Of a DNA stretch of 64,000 bases, positions 1 through 9,585 are shown in pieces; position 1 is the stretch's first letter, and each line of letters opens with the position of its first letter. The translations under genes were made by a program, and so were the position numbers. The notes under the pieces were generated by a model. That model was not told the DNA's origin. It saw only the letters and a program-made list of their open reading frames with translations, and did no database searches. The stretch is taken from positions 32,001-96,000 of IMG/VR virus record IMGVR_UViG_3300029319_000010. One strand, written 5' to 3'. Source of the stretch: a virus.

Positions 1-840
1 AGGATCATCTATAGATCTAGATAAAGCATGAGCTAAATGAAATGAAGATAATCTATCATGATTACCTGGTATATATACTACTTGAAGATCATCACAATAT
101 TGTTTTAAATAATTTATACTCCAATATAATGCATCAAAAGCTTGCATATAAGCATCAGTTGCTGTAGTACAATTTTCTAGTGGAGTGCCACTAGTAGTTG
201 TTCCAGCCCAAGTATCCATATTTATTAAATCTCCTCCTACTACATAAAATATTTTTTTAAGATTATGTCCTCCATGTGCCCTTTCTACAAGATCAACTAT
301 TGTTTCTTCAAAATCTTTATCTATTGTTTGATTACCTTCTTTTCCAAAATGAATATCTTGTAATGATAAGATAGCACAAACATCTTTTTTACTTTTACTA
401 TTTATTCTTTTTACAGGTTTAAATTTTTTAGGCTTCCAAACCTTAAGTAATTGTTCTATATGTTCTGTATCACTATTCTTAAGCTTAGTTATTAAAGCTG
501 ATATACGCCAGTGATCTGACATTTGTTTATTCCAATATTGTGACAACTTCCATTTTGTTGTATCAATATTTAATAGTTGTATAATTTCTTCAGCAGACTT
601 AGGTTCTGTATGTGAGACTCCAGTAATTTTTCCTTGACCTTTTTCAACATCAAATGATGATGTACAATCATCTGTGACATATCCCATATCTCTTTCTTCT
701 TTTCTTTTTTCTCTCCCTTCTGCATATATTTCTTTTTTAATTTTATTAAATTCATCTTCTGATATACCTAATTTTTCTGCACAATATTCTGAAGTTTTTT
801 TCCATTTAAGTGCATTTTTTACCTTATTTTTAAGTGACAT
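1..840 (-). CDS. Calcineurin-like metallophosphoesterase (partial, runs off the window edge; absent from the ORF track)
   Basis: Manual translation from ATG at 840 is open to position 1: MSLKNKVK...LSLQDIHFGK...VVGGDLIN...YIPGNHDRL, giving the DxH, GD and GNHD motifs. Confidence 0.85.
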   Translation of the reverse strand, partial: MSLKNKVKNALKWKKTSEYCAEKLGISEDEFNKIKKEIYAEGREKRKEERDMGYVTDDCTSSFDVEKGQGKITGVSHTEPKSAEEIIQLLNIDTTKWKLSQYWNKQMSDHWRISALITKLKNSDTEHIEQLLKVWKPKKFKPVKRINSKSKKDVCAILSLQDIHFGKEGNQTIDKDFEETIVDLVERAHGGHNLKKIFYVVGGDLINMDTWAGTTTSGTPLENCTTATDAYMQAFDALYWSINYLKQYCDDLQVVYIPGNHDRLSSFHLAHALSRSIDDP

Positions 841-887
841 TTAATTTATGTATTGGTTATAACGTTGGCAATATACAAAATAATTAT

Positions 888-916
888 AAAAAAAGAAAGC
901 CCTGAAAAACAGGGCT
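888..916 (-). terminator. Intrinsic terminator
   Basis: AGCCCTG-N5-CAGGGCT stem (898-916) followed on the minus strand by a U-run. Confidence 0.75.
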
Positions 917-963
917 CTCCACGATGGTAGAGTTAAAACCAACAAAAAAATCTCTACTTCTCG

Positions 964-1536
964 TTATTCATTTAATGTTCTTACAAGTAACTCTACTGAA
1001 TAACATGTTTCTGTTTTTAATCTAAACCTATATACAGTATTTGGTAATAATGGAGTTACATTACCAACTGTATATGTAATATTTCCTGGATATGGTAAAG
1101 CAACTGCATTATCTTGTACAAATGCTCCATTTTCAGTTGCATATTCTACATTTATTGCAGTTTGCCCTGCTGGAACACTATCCCAATTTATTGTAACAGT
1201 AGTTGATGTTGTTGCAGAATCATCATGCCATATATGTGGTATAGATATATTATAACAAGCTGGTGTTGTAGCAAAAATAAACATTCTTTGTAATATTACA
1301 TCTAGCTTATCTCCAGCAAATGCATATAATGTTTGATTAGCATCATTAGTCTTTTGAAAAGTATTTCTGCATCTAGCCACACAATCTGTACAAATTATTT
1401 CATCACAATGTTCAGGATGTCCTCTTTTACTATCAAATGATCCTGTACAATCTGTATAAGAACAAGGTGTTGTCAATCCGTGATCTTTACAAGCACATGG
1501 TGATGATTTAGTATGTCCGCATTTATTACAAGCCAT
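964..1536 (-). CDS. Cys-rich putative virion protein with C-terminal fibronectin-III-like domain
   Basis: N-terminal Cys/His cluster; C-terminal VTINW...LLPNTVYRFRL FN3-like pattern; structural-gene context. Confidence 0.55.
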   Translation of the reverse strand: MACNKCGHTKSSPCACKDHGLTTPCSYTDCTGSFDSKRGHPEHCDEIICTDCVARCRNTFQKTNDANQTLYAFAGDKLDVILQRMFIFATTPACYNISIPHIWHDDSATTSTTVTINWDSVPAGQTAINVEYATENGAFVQDNAVALPYPGNITYTVGNVTPLLPNTVYRFRLKTETCYSVELLVRTLNE

Positions 1537-1554
1537 TTCTTTATTTTTTAATTA

Positions 1555-4500
1555 TTAACATGTTGATGAATTTATCCAGTAATTAGGTCCTGCTGGTACA
1601 TATTGCGCCCTTTTATTAGTACCTCCATCATTGTAAGCATACCATCCTGCTGCTAATTCATAAGCTGATTGTGCATTTGTACAACCTGATTGAGAACTAT
1701 AAGCTTTTACTGTAGGATCAAATACAGTTCCTGTTGAATTCCATATCTTTGTTGCAGCTGATCCAACTCCACTACACGCTGTAGAAGATGAAGAAGCATC
1801 AAATGCAAATAATGTACTATTACTGTGCATTCTTGGACAATTTGATGTACTCGGAGCATTTAATAAAGATCCTTCGGTCAATCCCATCATTCCTAAGAAT
1901 GCATCTTTTACTGTAGTATTATCAGTACCCCAATCTATTCCATTTTCAAAATACATATGTGGAACTACTTTATGATTCTCTAAACCTACTATTGTATTAG
2001 ATCCTGTACCTGTACCTCCAGTGTATGGATTTGTTCCTGCAGCAACACCATCTAATAAGTAAGCTTGAAGATCTACTGGAAACTGAACACCACCTATCTT
2101 AGATCCATAGAAGTTTCTACCTGCCATTTTAGCTCCTGTTGTTGCAGCTAATATTTGTAATGCTGCAGCCGCAGACTCATTGATAGAACCAGTTAGCATA
2201 TTTATAATAAAATGATTATATACAAATGGAATAGATCCATTTTTCCAATCTCCTGTTGCTGGATACTTAGCTTGAATAGCTGTTGCCCAAGCTTGCATAG
2301 TTGATGTTGTATCATTTATATTTAATACAGCATCAAAATCTTGTTTATACTGAGTATCATTTGTTGTACCACCAGATGTAGGTTGTGTAGGTGTAGTAAA
2401 TCCATTAGCTAGTAATGCACTACCATAATTACCATTAGTATTTGTTTGATTTACAAATGAAAATACTGTAACTGATGCTTTCCATGATCCACTAGATGAA
2501 GAAAAATATCCTGGTAATGATTTCCATGTATCCCAAGTTCCTGACCCGGCAGCAATATCTATACTAGTACTAACTTGTCCGTTTTGTGAATCAATAAGAC
2601 CTCTAATATGTTTTATATAATCACCTGGTTCTAATGTACCTGAACCACCACTTCCTAATGGAATATAATGTACGTCTCCTGTCCAATTAAATGTATTTAC
2701 CAATGATGTTTTTAATGCATTAAATGTAGCTTTTATCTTAACAGCATCTGAATAACTAAAAGTTGTTGTATCTAAAAATACTACAATATCCTCATCATTA
2801 TGAGTTAAAGGTTGTGCTTTTACTATAGGTACATTACATATAGCTGTTGTATTACATGCATTTGTAAATTTAACAGTAAATGAATCAGATGTCCATACTC
2901 CACCATTATGTTGATAAGCAAAACATCCTTGTGAACTAGTAGATCTTGCTGCATCATATGTAACAGTACCATTTGCAGGTTGATTAACAATTGTCCATTT
3001 AGGTGTAACTGTAGTTTTACTTACATCACCTACTATATCAATTTTACATTCAGTAGATCCCCCTGTAGTACAATAAAATACACCACCAACTAAAGGAGTA
3101 GCTGGTTTTAATGTAATTTGTTTACAATCACAACAGAACACTACCTCTGTAATTGTTTTTGTTACTGAGTTAATTAAAGCATATGCATAAAATATAGTTC
3201 CAGCAGGAGAAGTTAATGCGCCTGCATATTTCCAACCGCTATCTTCCATAGCAGTTGTCATACCTGTTGCTGTATAAGTTACACCCCCACATGATATAGC
3301 TGCTACAGGATTTTCTGCAACAAAACTTCCCGCATGACTCCATGCCACTGTAGGAGTTGTAGTTATAGTTGAGTATATAACAATTGGTGTATTTGAGCTA
3401 TCAAATGTTGCTAACCATTGATACACATTTAATGTATCATTATAAACAGCAAGTTCTAATGAATTAGATCCTGCTACTTGATCAGTGGTGGAGCTGGAAT
3501 ATGCAGAAGAAGTTACTCTAACTGATGTACAGCTTGGTGCTGAAGTAACCAATGTATCTGAAGGACAAGTTGTAGATATTCCTGCAGAGGTTGTCATTTG
3601 AAACTGCAATTGATATGTAGTTCCAGCAGTTAAACCTGAAAATGAACCACTCACACCACTACCCCATGATGAGTATGTTTTTGTTTGTATAACAGAACCT
3701 AGAGAATTTAAAAGATTTACATAAACTTTTGCACTTCCTCCAGATGCTAATCCTACATTGCTATATGTATAACTAATTGAATTTTCTGTAGAACCTGAAC
3801 TTGTTAATGTAGGGCAGGGAGATGCATTTGTTACATTTAAAGTAACTGTTTCTCCACAGTCATTTGTTTCATTAGAAACAGCAAACTCAACCTTTACAAC
3901 AAGATTACTAGTTTTATCTACAGTACCTAAATCAGAAAGTTGTAATGGTTGATTGCTTTGATATCTACCTGAAACATCAACAAATGTTGTAAATACATTT
4001 AATGATGCGTCTGTTATAGTAATTTTAGTTTGTCTTCCTGTTCCAGAATCTCTATATCCTGTAGGTATACTTGAGCCTCTAAAATCTAAACCTAAATAAC
4101 TCCATGCTCCACCTGATGTTCTTTTAATAGTAGCTATACAATCAAAAACTATATCTTTACAACCTGATGGAGTTGTAGTAGCTTTTAGGTCTGCTACTGC
4201 TGCTCTCATGTCATTTGTTGTAATCCAAAGATTTTTTATAGCATCAGCTACAGTACGTGGTGAACCATTAAAACCATTAATAAGACCCATATTACCAGTA
4301 CCATTTAATCTATCCTCTAAAGCTAAATTTTGTTGCTGATAAGCAATTGCTTTTAAAAGTTCAGATGGTCTACCTGTTGCTCTTCTAAGTTCAAAAAGTT
4401 GTTTTTCTACTTCTGATACTAATTTTCCAGCTGTAACTGTTCCAGATAGTAAATATCTAGAAACTACTTGTTCAGCACCAGCTGACATAATTCCTCCACC

Positions 4501-5178
4501 TCTTGCACCTCCTGTTGCAACTGAACCTGTTGGTGTAATAGGATTACCATTAGCATCTACACTAGTAGGTCTAACTGTATTAGATCCGTATGCTGTAGTT
4601 CTTGCACCACCTATTGTTGTACCACCCGCACTTCTTTCAAGGTTAGCAATTCTTTCTTCATGGTTTTCTAAAGTTCTTTGTATAGATGTTACAGAGTCTT
4701 GTAAACCTGCCATATAGTTTCCTATAGTAATAACCCAACCTGTATCAGTTACTTCATCATACAATACTTGTTTTTTAATTCTTGTAGATCCTTGATCAAA
4801 TTGAGCAGCTTCAGGTAATGGCATAGAATATGCTGTAGCAAATCCTTTTGGATCAGCAGCAGCAGTTCTACTTAGTGCATCATCAGTTTCACATATTTTA
4901 TCAATAATAAACTGTAATAGTTCTTGTAAATTTTCAGCAGAACGCCCTTGACTTACAGTAATACACTTTTGTACAATACCATTTATTTCTGAATCAGCTA
5001 TTCTACCTCTTGCGGCAGTATTTGCAGTATCACATATTTCTTCAGCTATCTTTGCAACAATATCACTTATTGTATCACCCTGACATACATCAATACAATC
5101 TAGATCTGGACCCTGCCATACTACACAGTTAGAAGATAATGGATTACACCCATTAGTATTTTTCTTATTAGGTATCAT
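1555..5178 (-). CDS. Large tail fibre/virion protein (Cys-rich N-terminus, coiled coil, FN3/Ig-like and possible VWA-like domains)
   Basis: 1207 aa, S/T/G-rich; SSNCVVWQGPDL N-terminus; FSGLTAGTTYQL (FN3-like); IVNQPANGTV...DSFTV (Ig/cadherin-like); DIVVFLDTT (VWA-like first strand). Confidence 0.6.
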   Translation of the reverse strand: MIPNKKNTNGCNPLSSNCVVWQGPDLDCIDVCQGDTISDIVAKIAEEICDTANTAARGRIADSEINGIVQKCITVSQGRSAENLQELLQFIIDKICETDDALSRTAAADPKGFATAYSMPLPEAAQFDQGSTRIKKQVLYDEVTDTGWVITIGNYMAGLQDSVTSIQRTLENHEERIANLERSAGGTTIGGARTTAYGSNTVRPTSVDANGNPITPTGSVATGGARGGGIMSAGAEQVVSRYLLSGTVTAGKLVSEVEKQLFELRRATGRPSELLKAIAYQQQNLALEDRLNGTGNMGLINGFNGSPRTVADAIKNLWITTNDMRAAVADLKATTTPSGCKDIVFDCIATIKRTSGGAWSYLGLDFRGSSIPTGYRDSGTGRQTKITITDASLNVFTTFVDVSGRYQSNQPLQLSDLGTVDKTSNLVVKVEFAVSNETNDCGETVTLNVTNASPCPTLTSSGSTENSISYTYSNVGLASGGSAKVYVNLLNSLGSVIQTKTYSSWGSGVSGSFSGLTAGTTYQLQFQMTTSAGISTTCPSDTLVTSAPSCTSVRVTSSAYSSSTTDQVAGSNSLELAVYNDTLNVYQWLATFDSSNTPIVIYSTITTTPTVAWSHAGSFVAENPVAAISCGGVTYTATGMTTAMEDSGWKYAGALTSPAGTIFYAYALINSVTKTITEVVFCCDCKQITLKPATPLVGGVFYCTTGGSTECKIDIVGDVSKTTVTPKWTIVNQPANGTVTYDAARSTSSQGCFAYQHNGGVWTSDSFTVKFTNACNTTAICNVPIVKAQPLTHNDEDIVVFLDTTTFSYSDAVKIKATFNALKTSLVNTFNWTGDVHYIPLGSGGSGTLEPGDYIKHIRGLIDSQNGQVSTSIDIAAGSGTWDTWKSLPGYFSSSSGSWKASVTVFSFVNQTNTNGNYGSALLANGFTTPTQPTSGGTTNDTQYKQDFDAVLNINDTTSTMQAWATAIQAKYPATGDWKNGSIPFVYNHFIINMLTGSINESAAAALQILAATTGAKMAGRNFYGSKIGGVQFPVDLQAYLLDGVAAGTNPYTGGTGTGSNTIVGLENHKVVPHMYFENGIDWGTDNTTVKDAFLGMMGLTEGSLLNAPSTSNCPRMHSNSTLFAFDASSSSTACSGVGSAATKIWNSTGTVFDPTVKAYSSQSGCTNAQSAYELAAGWYAYNDGGTNKRAQYVPAGPNYWINSSTC

Positions 5179-5221
5179 AAATATATTTATTACAGGTGTC
5201 AGTTAATACACGTATACATTA

Positions 5222-5232
5222 TAATATACAAA
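5222..5232 (-). promoter_or_regulatory. Putative late-promoter motif TTTGTATATTA
   Basis: Exact copies at 5222, 7214, 26288, 55251 and 62951; variants at 870 and 8796; all intergenic and upstream of minus-strand genes. Confidence 0.65.
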
Positions 5233-5262
5233 TTTATTAACTAACAACCAAGTTGTTATTTC

Positions 5263-6594
5263 TTAAAGGCAATCAATTGCCAAATTTGTACAAACAGGTG
5301 TAACTTCATCTGAAAGTACTATGTCTATTTTTTGTTGGTTACAGGCTCCAGTTGTTGTAAAACATTTACAGCCATTAATTATATGTTTAGTATCTACACT
5401 AGCATTCTTTATATTAACAATTAAAATGCCAGATGCATCTGTTTTTCCATAATGTGTATTATCTATAAATACATCATAATCTTTTACAGCCGCAGCATTT
5501 TTATCTTTGACTGTTATAAATAAAAGTTCTGAATCATCATTACAAATTTTATATTCAGCATCTGTTATGGTATCATCTATACTAGTATTTGCATATTTTG
5601 TAAACCCTCTTATTTCAGCTGCAAGTGGAGTACTTTGAGGTGTTCCTCCCTGTCCACCATTACTACCCAATATATAAAATCCCATCCCACCTCCTGCTCC
5701 TGTCAAAAATGCTGCATTATCAGTTGCAACATTAGAACTACCATTATATCCATAATTAAATCTACTATCAGCATTACTTCCAGTTTCTGATATTGTAAAA
5801 AAATTAGTAGTACCATCAGCTTGTGAATAATTAAATGTACCATCCAAAGAAAATACAAGCCATACATAATCTCCTGGTTTTGCACCATTTTTTTCTCCTA
5901 CTGAATTAGTATTTTGTCTCAGTGTAATTGCTGGGTTTGTTAAACCTTGTGGAGCAATACCTCCTCCAGATACCTCAATCCATCTAAATTTCCACCATTG
6001 ATTAAGTTCATGTGGTCCACCCTGTCTTCTTAATGGAGTATCCCACTGTCCAGTACCATCACCAGTACCAAAAAAAGCAGGGCTATTATTATCATTATCT
6101 CTCCTATTGATTATATTTAACCAAGCAGGATTATCTATTTCTGGTAAACCATCCACATCTCTCATAACAAATGCATAAAGTCTAACAGTATCTGGAAAAG
6201 AATCAATAGTAGTACCATATACTGCACTTAAAATAACTACAGGATAGTTTGTAAAACCGTTTGAAGGTGCACTCCCTGTTATAATGTCAGGGTTTTGAAG
6301 TCTTCTAGTAGAATATATTGTAGGTTCAAACTGAACCCATGAATCTACTGTACCACCTGATGACTGATATGTTGCAAGATTAAATGTTGTAAATGTATAA
6401 GTGGATTCATTATATAATGTTTTTGAGTTTGCTTCCCAATCACATATTTCATTTACATTAGTATGATTATTAAAGTTTGTAGGACAACAGAATGTCATTC
6501 CATATTTACTTGATCTATACTCTTTATATGCAAGATCAGCAAATGTTTGTTTTGTTTGTATTATTTTTATTAATTCTTGATCTGGAGTAGCCAT
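5263..6594 (-). CDS. Putative virion structural protein
   Basis: 443-aa ORF in the structural operon; Cys clusters at both ends; C-terminal VFIDNTHYGKTD PEGA/Ig-like pattern. Confidence 0.5.
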   Translation of the reverse strand: MATPDQELIKIIQTKQTFADLAYKEYRSSKYGMTFCCPTNFNNHTNVNEICDWEANSKTLYNESTYTFTTFNLATYQSSGGTVDSWVQFEPTIYSTRRLQNPDIITGSAPSNGFTNYPVVILSAVYGTTIDSFPDTVRLYAFVMRDVDGLPEIDNPAWLNIINRRDNDNNSPAFFGTGDGTGQWDTPLRRQGGPHELNQWWKFRWIEVSGGGIAPQGLTNPAITLRQNTNSVGEKNGAKPGDYVWLVFSLDGTFNYSQADGTTNFFTISETGSNADSRFNYGYNGSSNVATDNAAFLTGAGGGMGFYILGSNGGQGGTPQSTPLAAEIRGFTKYANTSIDDTITDAEYKICNDDSELLFITVKDKNAAAVKDYDVFIDNTHYGKTDASGILIVNIKNASVDTKHIINGCKCFTTTGACNQQKIDIVLSDEVTPVCTNLAIDCL

Positions 6595-6597
6595 AGT

Positions 6598-7176
6598 TTA
6601 ACAACATATTTCACATGTGATCTTCTTAAGCTTATTATATGCAAAAGTATAAAGCTCCATGCCTTCATTAGGACTATTACAATATTCTACCTTAGCTTTT
6701 GCAGCATCTATTAGCGTTCTAATATATTTCATTTCAGCTAATAATTTTTGTTGATCAGAGCTAGGCTCACAAGGTTTAACTTGTAATGAACAAAGTTTTT
6801 TATAATATTCAGCTAGTATTTCTGATATTCTTAAATGATTATATTCAACATAAACTTTATCATGAGGTGATACACTATATTTTATAATAAATATACCATC
6901 TTTAATAATAGTTCTTGTATTTGTACAATCTAAGGTTGTTAAACCTAAACTACATGCGTTTAAATTTATTGTTCCAAAATTATTCCACTCACCTGATGAA
7001 GATTTTGTAATATCCACCTTAATTAACTTTGGTGCTGTGTATCCAGGTGCGGTAATTTCTATTTGAGGGCAATCTACTTTTAAATTTTTACAATACGTAC
7101 TTGTATCTGTTAAAGTAAATATGTCACAATTAGACATGGTTGGTGCTTCTAGACTCAAAATATGTTTACATGCCAT
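6598..7176 (-). CDS. Putative virion (tail/hub) protein
   Basis: 192 aa, Cys-rich; lies directly downstream of the crAss-type capsid block. Confidence 0.45.
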   Translation of the reverse strand: MACKHILSLEAPTMSNCDIFTLTDTSTYCKNLKVDCPQIEITAPGYTAPKLIKVDITKSSSGEWNNFGTINLNACSLGLTTLDCTNTRTIIKDGIFIIKYSVSPHDKVYVEYNHLRISEILAEYYKKLCSLQVKPCEPSSDQQKLLAEMKYIRTLIDAAKAKVEYCNSPNEGMELYTFAYNKLKKITCEICC

Positions 7177-7213
7177 GTTATAATCTGTTTAAAATACTAT
7201 ACTAGTTATATAA

Positions 7214-7224
7214 TAATATACAAA
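7214..7224 (-). promoter_or_regulatory. Putative late-promoter motif TTTGTATATTA
   Basis: Exact motif copy about 40 nt upstream of the ATG at 7176. Confidence 0.65.
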
Positions 7225-7244
7225 ATATATAAAATAAAAGAAAA

Positions 7245-7278
7245 TAAAAAAGGGGTAGAATTGATCCACCCCTCTTTT
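7245..7278 (-). terminator. Intrinsic terminator
   Basis: AGGGGT...ACCCCT stem (7251-7273) with a U-run on the minus strand, downstream of 7305-8732. Confidence 0.65.
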
Positions 7279-7304
7279 AGGTTATAGATATAGTGAGTTA
7301 ACTA

Positions 7305-8732
7305 TTAATAGTCACCTCCTAATGCTTCAAGATCTGCAATAGAACTAACCACTGCTGATCCATCTCTTTTCATGATCCCTGCTTGGATAGCTATTGTTAC
7401 CCAGTCATTATCAATTGATGTTGTAGCAGCACCTGCTCCTGAACATGGAACGTATACTTTATAATGATATTGATCATTATTAAACATTCCAGATGGATTA
7501 TTAAATCTTGGCACATTATGCAATAAGTGATACACTCTGTATGCACCTACACAATCTCCTGCACCTGAAGTAGTAGCATCTCTACCAATTGCTGTAATAA
7601 TACCAGATACACCTTCTTGCTCTCTCATTCTAGACGCATCTTTTGTACCTTGTGTGTAAGGAGATTGTCTGTATGATTCAGTTAAAAGAATGTCTCTAGC
7701 TGCTGTGTCAGCTGAAGTTCTTCTTTGTTTAAACTCTTGTGCACTTTCTGCAAAAGTTACATAGTTTAAACAAGGAACACATGCTGCACCTGTTTCATCT
7801 TGCATATCAACTATAGTCTTAAGATCTCCCATTAAATAGAAATCTCTAGTATCAAATGAAGAATCACCAAATTGTGTTTGTAATGCACAACTAGTTTTCA
7901 TTTCAAAATCAACTCTATATTGATCCGCTACTGCCCAAACACCTGATGTTCCTGTTGTTGCTGACGCTATACCAGCAGCAACACCTAGTGCACCACCATC
8001 ATAAATAAATTCCTCTTGAGCTTTACTTACTGCAGTAAATGTAGCACCACTATTTGTTGATACATACAATTTAGCTGTAGCAAATTTACTTAAGATTGGA
8101 TCATTATTAAATTGATCTCTTAAATTAATTGCAACTATTGATGGAGCAATACCAACAGAACCTGTAGGATCTTGTGTTCCACAACACATGTCTACACCAT
8201 TAGCTGTTACAGCTGCAGAGAGTGATAAAGCACCTGTACCGTCTTGAGCATTTGTAGCTGGCATTGGTAAAGCACCATTTAATGTAGCATATGCATTATG
8301 ATTTAAGAATCTTAATACTGCTGTTCCTTTAATATCTGCTCTAAACATGGGTTGTACATCACATGGAAAACATGATTGATTATCTGCAGTAGCTTTTATA
8401 GTTAATCTTCCTATATCTGCTACTTCTGCAGTACAGTCTGAAACCCACATGCTAGATATATATTTACTCATAATCATCTTTGATTTAGATGATTCTTTAT
8501 AACCACCCATTCCTGGGTTGTTACCAATTTTGTCATTAGCCTGAAATGCAGCTTGTGCTAAATAAAATCCTCCTTTATTGTTTTGCAAATCTGCAGCAGC
8601 CATAATACCAAAATCACTTGCTAAAATAGCAAACTCTCCAACAACACTTAAGTCTGCTGAAGTTTGCGTATTTGTTTGTTCGTGCGTTTTAGCTAAAAAA
8701 GCTTTACTAAACGCGTGATTGAAATAACTCAT
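7305..8732 (-). CDS. Putative auxiliary capsid/structural protein (crAss-like capsid block)
   Basis: 475 aa, A/G/T-rich, highly-expressed-type codon usage, own terminator; third gene after the MCP as in the crAss-like gene order. Confidence 0.55.
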   Translation of the reverse strand: MSYFNHAFSKAFLAKTHEQTNTQTSADLSVVGEFAILASDFGIMAAADLQNNKGGFYLAQAAFQANDKIGNNPGMGGYKESSKSKMIMSKYISSMWVSDCTAEVADIGRLTIKATADNQSCFPCDVQPMFRADIKGTAVLRFLNHNAYATLNGALPMPATNAQDGTGALSLSAAVTANGVDMCCGTQDPTGSVGIAPSIVAINLRDQFNNDPILSKFATAKLYVSTNSGATFTAVSKAQEEFIYDGGALGVAAGIASATTGTSGVWAVADQYRVDFEMKTSCALQTQFGDSSFDTRDFYLMGDLKTIVDMQDETGAACVPCLNYVTFAESAQEFKQRRTSADTAARDILLTESYRQSPYTQGTKDASRMREQEGVSGIITAIGRDATTSGAGDCVGAYRVYHLLHNVPRFNNPSGMFNNDQYHYKVYVPCSGAGAATTSIDNDWVTIAIQAGIMKRDGSAVVSSIADLEALGGDY

Positions 8733-8829
8733 AACTTTACGTTTTTTAAAAATTAATAAATATTGATATAATAATATAGCACTATGCTATATATATAATA
8801 TACTAATTAATCATATGATTACCATATAA

Positions 8830-9582
8830 TTAATTATTTTTTTCTGCTTGCTGTGCGCCTCTAATATAATTATTTACATCAGTGACATCACCAGCAAGTA
8901 TTGATACTGCCTCATCTACAATAAGTTCTGCTACATCATCTTTAAACTCACACTCAACATCTACAGGTGAAACACCTTGATTTTGTTCTGCAGGTATAGT
9001 AGGATCAGTACATCCTTCAAATTCTATAGGACGTGGTTGTCTATAGTATTGAAAAATAATATTCTGTATTTCAAAGTCATTATTTGTATAAACTCTTAGT
9101 GTATTACCTTGGAAAGTACAAAATGTTTCAGACCATTCAAAACTTGGTTTTTTTAGCGGATCTCTTAGCATAAGATTTACATTTGCTGCTTCAGCTAAAT
9201 AAACTTGCATTATACGTCCATTTGGATCTTCTTTACAACATTCCTTTGTTGCATAAGCAGTTACTTTTTTAAATTCTAAAAAATCTTCTGCTATTCCTTC
9301 AGTAAAAAGAGTATATTGAACAGCTGCACCACTTGGTATTGCAGGACCACCCGGACCAAAAGCCAATTCTCTCAATAAAGGTTGTAAATCATCAATACGT
9401 CTCTTAGACATTTCATCTCCTTCTTTATATTGATTAGTACCTCTTAATTGTCTTCTACACCATTCTATCTGAGCCTTATTGAATGCCTCAACTATTTGCC
9501 AACACTCAATGTTGTCAAAATCATTACTAGCTAATTTATTTAACCTTTGTCTAATTTTAATTTCTATTTGAGTATTGTTCAT
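8830..9582 (-). CDS. Putative head-tail ring/adaptor protein (crAss-like)
   Basis: 250 aa; FNKAQIEW, RRIDDLQPL, YYRQP and CEF...IVDEAV patterns typical of crAss ring proteins; synteny. Confidence 0.6.
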   Translation of the reverse strand: MNNTQIEIKIRQRLNKLASNDFDNIECWQIVEAFNKAQIEWCRRQLRGTNQYKEGDEMSKRRIDDLQPLLRELAFGPGGPAIPSGAAVQYTLFTEGIAEDFLEFKKVTAYATKECCKEDPNGRIMQVYLAEAANVNLMLRDPLKKPSFEWSETFCTFQGNTLRVYTNNDFEIQNIIFQYYRQPRPIEFEGCTDPTIPAEQNQGVSPVDVECEFKDDVAELIVDEAVSILAGDVTDVNNYIRGAQQAEKNN

Positions 9583-9585
9583 AAT

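Noticed and set aside
1555-1600. GPNYW near the C-terminus of the 1207-aa protein as a fifth GPNxxL tag
   Set aside because: Not terminal and lacks the final Leu; probably coincidental
1555-6594. Diversity-generating retroelement targeting the fibre genes
   Set aside because: No reverse transcriptase and no template/variable repeat pair found in the window
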